A DNA stretch of 48,945 nt from Octopus bimaculoides (taxonomy: Eukaryota), in assembly GCF_001194135.2 (NCBI RefSeq), contig NC_068996.1, positions 17,787,340 to 17,836,284 of the forward strand, read 5' to 3'. Made by a program: the position numbers and the translations under genes. A model generated the notes under the pieces. The model did not search any database. It saw only the letters and a program-made list of their open reading frames with translations, and was not told the origin of the DNA. Shown here piece by piece: positions 1-9,700 of the stretch (the stretch's first letter is position 1; each line of letters begins with the position of its first letter).

Positions 1-10
1 TATATATATC

Positions 11-351
11 AAGTGAAGGCACATGGCTCAGTGGTTAGAGCATCGAGCTTACAATCGTGAGGTTGTGAGTTCAATTCCCAGACCGGATTGCATGTTGTGT
101 TCTTGAGCAAGACACTTTATTTCACATTGCTCCAGTTCACTCAGCCGTAGAAATGAGTTGTGACGTCACTGGTGTCAAGCTGCATCGGCCCCTTTGCCTT
201 TCCCTTGGATAACACTGGTGGCATGGAGAGGGGAGGCCGGTAGAATGGGTGACTGCTTGTCTTCCATAAACAACCTTGCCCGGACTTCTGCCTGGCAGGG
301 TAACTTTCTAAGTGCAATCCCATGGTCAGTCATGACCGAAGGGGGTCTCAG
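11..351 (+). mobile_element. tRNA-derived SINE, family A, full length
   Basis: Pol III A box TGGCTCAGTGG (24-34) and B box GAGTTCAATTCC (67-78), then GTGTTCTTGAGCAAGACACTT. Body matches the reverse complement of 2734-3072 and 48566-48892. Flanked by TA repeats. Confidence 0.85.
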
Positions 352-404
352 CATATATCATCATCATCATCACATCATCATCATCATCACATCATCATCA
401 TCAT
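352..404. repeat. (CAT)n microsatellite
   Basis: Direct trinucleotide repeats. Confidence 0.9.
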
Positions 405-792
405 CATTTACTTGTTTCAGTCATTAGACTACAGCCATGTTGAAGAATTTTTAGTTAAATAAATCAAACCGCATCACTTATTTTCTTTTTAAGCCCAGTA
501 CATATTCTATTTAAGCAAACTGCTAATCTATAGGGGTGTAAACACACCAACACCAGTTGTCAAGTGGTGGTTGGGAACAAACACAAGTACAAAGACATAC
601 ACACACACATGTGTGTGTGTGTGTGCATTTATGTATATGTATATACAACAGGTTTCTTTCATCTTCTGTCTACCAAACCCACAAACAAGGCCTTGGTTGG
701 TTCAACACTAAGGTAGAAGACTACATGCCACACAGTGGGACTGAACCTGGGACCATGAGGCTGGGAAGTAAAACTTCTTACTACACAGCCAT
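405..792 (-). mobile_element. SINE family C (internal CA/TA microsatellite), diverged
   Basis: Similar to 29905-30272 and the reverse complement of 35737-36244 (TTACTTGTTTCAGTCATT tail, ACCAGTTGTCAAG, ACAGTGGGACTGAACC head). Confidence 0.75.
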
Positions 793-808
793 ATATATAT
801 TATATACG

Positions 809-863
<55 letters not shown>

Positions 864-1431
864 NNNNNNNNNNNNNNNNNNNNNNNNNNNNNNNNNNNNN
901 NNNNNNNNNNNNNNNNNNNNNNNNNNNNNNNNNNNNNNNNNNNNNNNNNNNNNNNNNNNNNNNNNNNNNNNNNNNNNNNNNNNNNNNNNNNNNNNNNNNN
1001 NNNNNNNNNNNNNNNNNNNNNNNNNNNNNNNNNNNNNNNNNNNNNNNNNNNNNNNNNNNNNNNNNNNNNNNNNNNNNNNNNNNNNNNNNNNNNNNNNNNN
1101 NNNNNNNNNNNNNNNNNNNNNNNNNNNNNNNNNNNNNNNNNNNNNNNNNNNNNNNNNNNNNNNNNNNNNNNNNNNNNNNNNNNNNNNNNNNNNNNNNNNN
1201 NNNNNNNNNNNNNNNNNNNNNNNNNNNNNNNNNNNNNNNNNNNNNNNNNNNNNNNNNNNNNNNNNNNNNNNNNNNNNNNNNNNNNNNNNNNNNNNNNNNN
1301 NNNNNNNNNNNNNNNNNNNNNNNNNNNNNNNNNNNNNNNNNNNNNNNNNNNNNNNNNNNNNNNNNNNNNNNNNNTATATATATATATATATATATATATT
1401 CACATACATATTGTATATGTATGTATGAATG

Positions 1432-1565
1432 CATGTGGCTGTGTGAATAAGAGCTTCAATTTTCAGTCATGTGTCCTCAGGTTTCAGTCCAGCAACACAC
1501 CATTTTGAGCAAGTATTTATTACTATGGCTCCCAGCCAACCAATGTCTTGTGAGGGAATTCAGTT
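1432..1565 (+). mobile_element. Old SINE family C 5' half
   Basis: GTGGCTGTGTG...TTCAGTCC...TTGAGCAAGTATTTATTACTATGGC...CTTGTGAG resembles the head at 35745-35870. Confidence 0.5.
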
Positions 1566-2164
1566 CTTGCTTGGCTCATTCACTCCAGCATCAAACAACT
1601 CTTTCTTTCAAGCACCAAAACTTATGCCTATGCCATCTTATACTCTCTTTCTCTCTCTCTCTCTTTCTCTTTCCCTCTCTCTCTCTCTCTTTTTCATTTG
1701 CTCTATGGTCTTTTTCTTTCTAGACATAATAACTTTCGCCATTCATAATCATGTTATCTATTTTTCTCTCTTTTTTTATGGCTGTCAGCTATCTGATCAC
1801 ACACACACACATACATACACAAATGTACCTATTTGAGTCTTCAAGCACAAATTATTCTTTTGAAAATATTTTTCCATCACATATTTCTTCAATATTTTAT
1901 TATCTAAGTGACTTATCAATGTACATTTTTACAGACCCATTCATGCAGACTCTTCTAACTTTTGATTGATGTTGAAAATTATTAAGATCTGAAATGTTCT
2001 CTATGTTTCAGTTCTGTCCTATTTTAAAAGATCTGTATTCACAAAAGAAAGAAAAAAACGAAAAAAAAAACATGTAATTATTGATGAGCTATTTTACCAA
2101 ACAATATCTTGTTGAGATCTAATTTCAGTGGTATTTAAGAAATAATCATAATATTCATAAACAC

Positions 2165-2218
2165 CATCAACATCATCATTACTAACATCATTGTCATTGT
2201 TCATCATCATTGTCGTCG

Positions 2219-2252
<34 letters not shown>

Positions 2253-2500
2253 TGTAGTTGTTATCATCATCATCATCATTGTAGTTGTTATCATCATCAT
2301 TATCCCTTCCACTATCACCATTATCATTCTGAATAGCAACACCCTTGTCACTGTCATTGTCATCATTGTCATCATCACCGTCATCATCATCATCAGTATT
2401 ATCATCATCATCATCATCATCACCATCATCATTATCATCATCACCACCACAACCACCACCACACCATCATCACCACTACCACCACAATCATCATTGTTTT
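2165..2500. repeat. Degenerate (ATC)n/(ACC)n low-complexity tract
   Basis: Trinucleotide repeats; source of the poly-Ile and poly-Met ORFs. Confidence 0.9.
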
Positions 2501-2733
2501 ACCTTAGTTTTTTTACAATAATATAGTCTGAAGATTTCCTTTTTCATTTTTTTATGAAACAGTATGTTGTTGCCTGCTGGGTTTCCTATATTCACTAACT
2601 CTTTTAGTCACTTCTTACAATATGTAAAGATGTGATGTACTTATTTTCCATACCAGAACTCACACCAGGGTATTTAGGAAAATGATATACATATACACAT
2701 AATAAAGTATATATATATATATATATATATATT

Positions 2734-3072
2734 GCGGAGACCCCCTTCGGTCATGACTGACCATGGGATTGCATCTAGGAAGTTACTCTCCCAGGCACAA
2801 GTCCGGGCAAGGTTGTTTATGGAAGACCAGCAGTCACCCATGCATACCGGCCTCCCCTCTCAACACCACCAATGTTATCCAAGGGAAAGGCAAAAGCCGA
2901 TACAGCTTGGCAACAGTGACGTTGCAACTCAGTTCTACAGGTGAATGAACTGGAGCAATGTGAAATAAAGTGTCTTGTTCAAGAACACAACACGCAGCCC
3001 GGTCCGGGATTCGAACTCACAACCTCACGATTGTAAGCTCGATGCTCTAACCAATGAGCCATGCGCCTTCAC
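2734..3072 (-). mobile_element. tRNA-derived SINE, family A, full length
   Basis: Reverse complement of 11-351; B box GGGATTCGAACTC and A box CCAATGAGCCA on the + strand; (TA)n on both sides. Confidence 0.9.
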
Positions 3073-3801
3073 ATATATNNNNNNNNNNNNNNNNNNNNNN
3101 NNNNNNNNNNNNNNNNNNNNNNNNNNNNNNNNNNNNNNNNNNNNNNNNNNNNNNNNNNNNNNNNNNNNNNNNNNNNNNNNNNNNNNNNNNNNNNNNNNNN
3201 NNNNNNNNNNNNNNNNNNNNNNNNNNNNNNNNNNNNNNNNNNNNNNNNNNNNNNNNNNNNNNNNNNNNNNNNNNNNNNNNNNNNNNNNNNNNNNNNNNNN
3301 NNNNNNNNNNNNNNNNNNNNNNNNNNNNNNNNNNNNNNNNNNNNNNNNNNNNNNNNNNNNNNNNNNNNNNNNNNNNNNNNNNNNNNNNNNNNNNNNNNNN
3401 NNNNNNNNNNNNNNNNNNNNNNNNNNNNNNNNNNNNNNNNNNNNNNNNNNNNNNNNNNNNNNNNNNNNNNNNNNNNNNNNNNNNNNNNNNNNNNNNNNNN
3501 NNNNNNNNNNNNNNNNNNNNNNNNNNNNNNNNNNNNNNNNNNNNNNNNNNNNNNNNNNNNNNNNNNNNNNNNNNNNNNNNNNNNNNNNNNNNNNNNNNNN
3601 NNNNNNNNNNNNNNNNNNNNNNNNNNNNNNNNNNNNNNNNNNNNNNNNNNNNNNNNNNNNNNNNNNNNNNNNNNNNNNNNNNNNNNNNNNNNNNNNNNNN
3701 NNNNNNNNNNNNNNNNNNNNNNNNNNNNNNNNNNNNNNNNNNNNNNNNNNNNNNNNNNNNNNNNNNNNNNNNNNNNNNNNNNNNNNNNNNNNNNNNNNNN
3801 N

Positions 3802-3983
3802 GAGGCCAGGACAGAAGGGTAGATAGGAAGATAGAGGAAGACAGATAGATAAATAGATAGAGAGGATGGTGGAGGGAGGAAGTGGAACAAGGAGGAAGGG
3901 ACAGAAGGGTATAGCAGTGAAGTAGAGGCCAGGACAGAGGTATAGATAGAAAGATGGAGGAAGACAGATAGATAAATAGATAG

Positions 3984-3985
<2 letters not shown>
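3802..3985 (+). repeat. Purine-rich GATA-containing tandem unit (about 123 bp period) abutting a gap
   Basis: GAGGCCAGGACAG...GAAGACAGATAGATAAATAGATAG at 3802 and again at about 3925; reverse-complement copy at 47690-47808. Confidence 0.7.
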
Positions 3986-4011
<26 letters not shown>

Positions 4012-4016
<5 letters not shown>

Positions 4017-4150
4017 AAGGGTGCTGGCATGTAACTAATATTATCCTTTAAACCACTGGCAGCCAGAGCCTGGTTGTAGTATGGGGTGGCAGCATCAAAG
4101 ACCTCTTTGCTTGAAGACAAGCTGGTCATTCTCCTGCTGATGCCCTTAAT
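4012..4150 (-). mobile_element. Penelope-like element RT-endonuclease linker fragment, inverted relative to the adjacent GIY-YIG part
   Basis: Minus strand encodes IKGISRRMTSLSSSKEVFDAATPYYNQALAASGLKDNISY, resembling the conserved Penelope segment I.RR.S..SS..E.F..A...Y..AL..SG. Confidence 0.75.
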
Positions 4151-4818
4151 TAGGTAAGATCTTCCTTAGTTTAGTTGATAGACACTTCCCCCAAACCAAT
4201 AGATTCAACAAAATATTTAATAGACATTGTCATTTAGCTATGCACCTTGTGTAAAAAAGATTTTAGTAGATAAACCCAAACCCAAGGCTGAAGCAGGATG
4301 CTCATGCAGGGGTAACACAACTTGTCCACTAAGTGGCCACTGCGATACAGAAACAGTTGTTTATGAAGCAGAAGTAAGAGCAACAGGACCCAATAGACAA
4401 CCAAGCATGCAGAAGTATGTGGGAGAAATGGAAAGTTCCTTCAGAATCCACTTTAATAACCACAAGTCCTCATTGAACATCCCAGAGAGACATAATGCCA
4501 CAACCCTAGCCAAGCACATCTGGAGTTTGAAAGAAAGTGCCACAGAGTACAACATAAAGTGGAAGATCCTAGAAAGATGCAAACCGTACTTCAATAGCAG
4601 CAGGAAGTGCAGATTATGCCCCACTGAGAAAAGAGTGATTTTAAAAGGTACCCAACGACTGAATGTTTACCTGAATAGCAGGAGCAAGGTGTTTAATACT
4701 TGCCTGCAGGAAAGGAAGTACATTCTATCATGCCTGCGTACCTCACCATGACTGCAACCACAGGTCCCCTAACTCAACCTTCCACAAAGGACCTTCCACC
4801 AATGCCTTTGAGCCTGGC
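4150..4818 (+). mobile_element. Penelope-like element 3' part with GIY-YIG endonuclease (frameshifted pseudogene)
   Basis: LGKIFLSLVDRHFPQTNRFNKIFNRH, then ORF 4227-4751 with C.C....CPL.G.C, VVYEAEV...YVG (GIY-YIG variant), F..H, LAKHIW, W.IL, C.LC..EK, LNSRS. Confidence 0.88.
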
Positions 4819-5537
4819 NNNNNNNNNNNNNNNNNNNNNNNNNNNNNNNNNNNNNNNNNNNNNNNNNNNNNNNNNNNNNNNNNNNNNNNNNNNNNNNNNN
4901 NNNNNNNNNNNNNNNNNNNNNNNNNNNNNNNNNNNNNNNNNNNNNNNNNNNNNNNNNNNNNNNNNNNNNNNNNNNNNNNNNNNNNNNNNNNNNNNNNNNN
5001 NNNNNNNNNNNNNNNNNNNNNNNNNNNNNNNNNNNNNNNNNNNNNNNNNNNNNNNNNNNNNNNNNNNNNNNNNNNNNNNNNNNNNNNNNNNNNNNNNNNN
5101 NNNNNNNNNNNNNNNNNNNNNNNNNNNNNNNNNNNNNNNNNNNNNNNNNNNNNNNNNNNNNNNNNNNNNNNNNNNNNNNNNNNNNNNNNNNNNNNNNNNN
5201 NNNNNNNNNNNNNNNNNNNNNNNNNNNNNNNNNNNNNNNNNNNNNNNNNNNNNNNNNNNNNNNNNNNNNNNNNNNNNNNNNNNNNNNNNNNNNNNNNNNN
5301 NNNNNNNNNNNNNNNNNNNNNNNNNNNNNNNNNNNNNNNNNNNNNNNNNNNNNNNNNNNNNNNNNNNNNNNNNNNNNNNNNNNNNNNNNNNNNNNNNNNN
5401 NNNNNNNNNNNNNNNNNNNNNNNNNNNNNNNNNNNNNNNNNNNNNNNNNNNNNNNNNNNNNNNNNNNNNNNNNNNNNNNNNNNNNNNNNNNNNNNNNNNN
5501 NNNNNNNNNNNNNNNNNNNNNNNNNNNNNNNNNNNNN

Positions 5538-5577
<40 letters not shown>

Positions 5578-5905
5578 TCATGGCGGCAAGGTGGCTGAGT
5601 TCCTTTTGAGTGTTGGGTCTCACAGAGGCAATGATTAAGACCTTTGGCATTATGTTGTGCTTGAGAAGAAGACCTATCAGGCTGAGCAAAATAGCAGTTG
5701 TGGCAGATAGCAGTGTCACACAAGTGGCGTGTAAAGGCACCCAGTATACTCTGTAATGTGGTTCGTGGTTGGAAGGACATCAGGCTATAGAAACCATGCC
5801 AATGCAGATACTAGAGCATGATGTAGTTCTTGGACTGATTAGGGTCTGTCAAACCACCCAACCCAAGTTAGCATGGAACATCAATGTCAAATAACAATGA
5901 TGATA
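5578..5905 (+). mobile_element. Old RTE-family 3' end (ORF terminus and 3' UTR)
   Basis: GGGTCTCACAGAGGCAATGA...GACCTTTGG...GTGCTTGAGAAGAAGACC, GGAAGGACATCAGGCTATAGAAACC, ends in an ATG-like tail. Confidence 0.65.
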
Positions 5906-6844
5906 CATGTATGTAAGTACATATGTAACTACATACATATGTAGTAAGCTGAAAACCCAAGTTAGGCTTGATATATACAAAATTCAGACTATAAGAGAGA
6001 AAATATATATGTGTGTATGTGTATATATATATAAATTAAGTAATGTATTATCTATTTCAAGAGGCCAAGAGTTATGTAATAACCATAATCTACAGGTGAT
6101 ATGTACATAATGTCATAGATGTGTGACCAGGGATAAGTCCAGATGAAGTTATTACAATAAGTCAGGCCTTCCTTTTCAAGAGGAGATTGACAAATGCAAG
6201 TCAGCTAGTAGTGTTTACAAATATAAAGATTTAAAGGGAGGAGAGAAATCAGACAGAAATGGGAGATAGAGAGGTAGTTATGAGATAAGATAAGATGAAG
6301 AACAGTGACCATAACGACAAGATATAAAGAACGGAAATAAAGAAGATAAAGTCAGTAGCTTGCCAGGTGAAAGTGTAGTCAATTCCCTCACAAGTTGTCA
6401 AAGTAGACGTCTCTGGTATCAGAGGGTTCAGACAAAGCGGTATGGAAGAACTGAGCATTGCAATAGTCGGAGGAGAGAAGAAAGGTACAGTGAGGAAAAA
6501 GAATTTTAGCTACATTGAGGAGAAACTATAATGATTTTACATAAGTAGCAAAGGTGCAATAAAATTTATGCCTGCAGGAGAAGATTACATCAGAGTATCT
6601 TTTAAGCAAAGAGGTATCATTTTTCCATAATATTGTGGGCGATCCCTAATAATATAATTATGAAGATTAGCATTGTGTAGGGTTCCACCACAAACTATAA
6701 ACCAGGATAAGGTATAAGATATGCCCTGGGACTCTCAATATCATAGGCCCTATTCTGAAGGAAGAAGTCAGAATTTAAGTTCACATTCATTTGAGCACTA
6801 CCCTGTGTTATCTATACTGAGCTTATTTGCTCTCACCAACTTAC

Positions 6845-6884
6845 TGTATGTATGTATGTATGTATGTATGTATATATATATATC

Positions 6885-6943
<59 letters not shown>

Positions 6944-6945
6944 GT
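6845..6945. repeat. (TATG)n(TATC)n tetranucleotide microsatellite
   Basis: Direct repeats. Confidence 0.9.
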
Positions 6946-7504
6946 ATACACAGATACAGACATACACATATACACAATTATGTATATAAGAAGGAATTAT
7001 TATATACAACCAATTTTGGGAGTAGTTTCTATGAATTCCAGAGCAGAGATTACATAATTTAAGAGTATGTACTACTACTGTAATCATTTCATAACGTTTC
7101 ACTAATTATAGAATATCTCTCAGCAGCCTTCCCTCTCACCTTCCCCAATTTTAACTTGTTTTAACCATCACAGATAAGGCCATGCTGGAGTACACCATTA
7201 TATTTGCGGTAAAGATAGTGAATCAATATCAACGTTTCATCAATGTTTCTTTAAGTAAACGGCATTGAATTTTGTCTGACAGTTGTTTCCTGGACTTTTT
7301 CATCCTTTCTTCTATTTTCTTTTTTTTTTTTCTTTTTTGCTTCACTCGTTAATTAACTTTTAACTTATAGTCAGGTATATAAATAACATTAACATATAAC
7401 CTAAGTATAGATTCCTGTTAGCTTATTTTTAGTTCAATCTTTTAAGTATTTTAAAATGATGTGCATTTAGCATTCTTTTCTAACCTTTTCTTTTGTCACT
7501 GCTG

Positions 7505-7578
7505 TTTTCAACCACCACCACCACTACCACTATCTTAACCATTATCATCATCAGCTACAACAGCAGCAGCAGCACCAA

Positions 7579-7611
<33 letters not shown>

Positions 7612-7785
7612 TATCGTCGTCATCAGTAGCAGCAGCAGTATCTACATTATCACTGTCACCATCATCTTCATCATCATCATCATTATTATCATCGCCACAA
7701 CACCATCATTACTGCAACCACTGTCACCACCACCACCACCACCACCACAACCACCACTATCACCACCACCATTACCACTAACTAA
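7505..7785. repeat. Compound trinucleotide tract (ACC/AGC/ATC)
   Basis: Direct repeats. Confidence 0.9.
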
Positions 7786-7949
7786 CCTGTCTCTTTGAAG
7801 CTGCTTGACACGTTGTACATTTATTTATTTCCTGTTCAGTCTTCCCTGACAGAGAGAGAACGACCATGAGTGAGTGCAAAAGGGGGGAGGAGGTATGATG
7901 TAGGTGCATTCCCCACCCCTACCTACATCCATTTTTTCTTTAATCCTTT

Positions 7950-8412
7950 TTATTACTCTTAACAGGTTTCACTCATTGCAGTCATGCTGGGGCACCACCT
8001 TCAGTATTTGTTCTAGTCTGTCACATCACCCCAGTGTATATTTCAGTCCTGTACTTATTTTATCGATTTTATTTCATGAATAGCTAAGTCACCTTTGTAA
8101 CACAACACCAGTTTTGATTTTTTTTTACACCAATGAACATACAAGCATACACACACATACACACACACACACACACACACATGCACACACACATGCACAC
8201 ACACACACACACATGCACACACACACACACATACACACAAACATATTCTTTACTCTTTTACTCTTGCTTCAGTCATTTGTCAGTATCCGTACTTGTAAGG
8301 GTTAATTGAACAATTTTCTCCTTGTACTTAAGCCTCATACTTACTGTAAGGGATGTAAACAAACCAACACCAGTTGTCAAGCTGTTGGAGAACCATCACA
8401 AATACATGCACA
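7950..8412 (-). mobile_element. Two degraded SINE family C tail fragments separated by (CA)n
   Basis: GCAGTCATGCTGGGGCACCACC (about 7980); TTTACTCTTTTACTCTTGCTTCAGTCATT and ACACCAGTTGTCAAGC (8250-8385). Confidence 0.55.
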
Positions 8413-8429
8413 CATGCATATGTATGTAA

Positions 8430-8575
8430 GATGCAGCACAGAATTTTGCCAGTGAATAGGTTGTGGTCTCAAAGCAACGAAAATATTTTGGCAAATTAAA
8501 TTTAAATGTGGAAGTGAATCGAATGTTTTTTGTGTGTTTTTAAATGGCTTATAAACACCTTCCACGCTGTAATTG
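8430..8575 (+). repeat. Interspersed repeat carrying a hammerhead-like motif (copy 1)
   Basis: Aligns along its length with 28142-28290 and ends in a TA microsatellite. Confidence 0.85.
8442..8497 (+). ncRNA. Candidate minimal type I hammerhead ribozyme, variant core (G3-U8), probably degenerate
   Basis: Stem I TTTGCCA/TGGCAAA; core GTGAATA; stem II GTTGT/GCAAC; GAA; palindromic stem III AATATT; U17. Confidence 0.5.
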
Positions 8576-8830
8576 TGTGTATATATATATATATATATAT
8601 TAATAATAATAAAGGAGTTACAACGCAAAAACGTATAAATTCAAAAGAACATATTTATCTTCTTCAATATATATTTCAGTATAAAGAATTCATTAAGATG
8701 CTTAAATCAAAATTTCTTTACACATCATTCAGGAACAGATATAACATCAGAAAAAATACATTCCGTTTAAAAACACAAACCGTTCATGGCGAAAAAATTT
8801 CACAATTACAAAATACGAACAAAATTTTTA

Positions 8831-8957
<127 letters not shown>

Positions 8958-9600
8958 CCCTCATATGGATGAGGACAGCTGCGTAAAGAAGTGTCAATCT
9001 CTAACTGTGGAGGGAACCTGTGACAGAAGTCAACCCAGCAAGACATGGGACAAGGTGGTGAAACATGATCTTCGAATGTTTGGCCTCACAAAGCAATGAC
9101 TAGTGACTGAGACCTTTGGTGATAAGCCCTGCTTAAGAGGACCCATCAAGTCAAGGGAAATTGTAGTCGTGGCTGATGCTGGTGGCATGTCAAATACATC
9201 TTTCAAGTGCTGGGCCTCATGGAGGCAATGTGGCTGATGCCAGTGTCATGTAACTAGCACCCATGCCGGTGGCACATAAAAAGCACTTTTCAAGTATTGG
9301 GCCTAACGGAGGTAGTGACAAATGTCTGAGACCTTTGGCAATATGCTGTGCTTCAGAAGAAGACCTATCGATCCAAGTAAAATCATAGACGTGACAGATA
9401 CTGGCGTCATGCAACTGGAACCCATGCCAGTGGCACATAAAAATACCCATTACACTTTTAGAGTTGTTGGCATTAGGAAGTGCATCCAGCTGTAGAAACC
9501 ATGTCAAATCAGACTGGAGTCTGGTGCAGCCCTTCAGCTTACCAACCCTGGTCAAACCATCCGACTCATGCCTGCATGAACAATGGACATTAAAGGGTTA
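8958..9600 (+). mobile_element. RTE-clade LINE, 5'-truncated 3' end
   Basis: Encodes HMDEDSCVKKCQSLTVEGTCDRSQPSKTWDKVVKHDLRMFGLT, matching the C-terminus at 42083-42364. The 3' UTR ends TGGACATTAAA. Confidence 0.85.
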
Positions 9601-9603
9601 TGA

Positions 9604-9700
9604 TGTATCTTCATTGGTTCTTACAGCATACGAACCAATGAAGATACACACACACACCTTACCGTGGCAGCATTTGTATTCTTTTTGTGCAAGGTTCTCT
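9604..9700 (-). mobile_element. Short R4/Dong LINE fragment with fold-back hairpin
   Basis: 9621-9697 matches 11950-12027 and 26425-26505; 17-bp perfect inverted repeat 9604-9620/9632-9648. Confidence 0.75.

Noticed and set aside
6130-6215. PDEVIT...FKRRL string resembling a CR1/L2 C-terminus
   Set aside because: Too short and degenerate to support an element call
7897-7929. 9-bp hairpin GATGTAGGT/ACCTACATC
   Set aside because: Short enough to arise by chance in 49 kb
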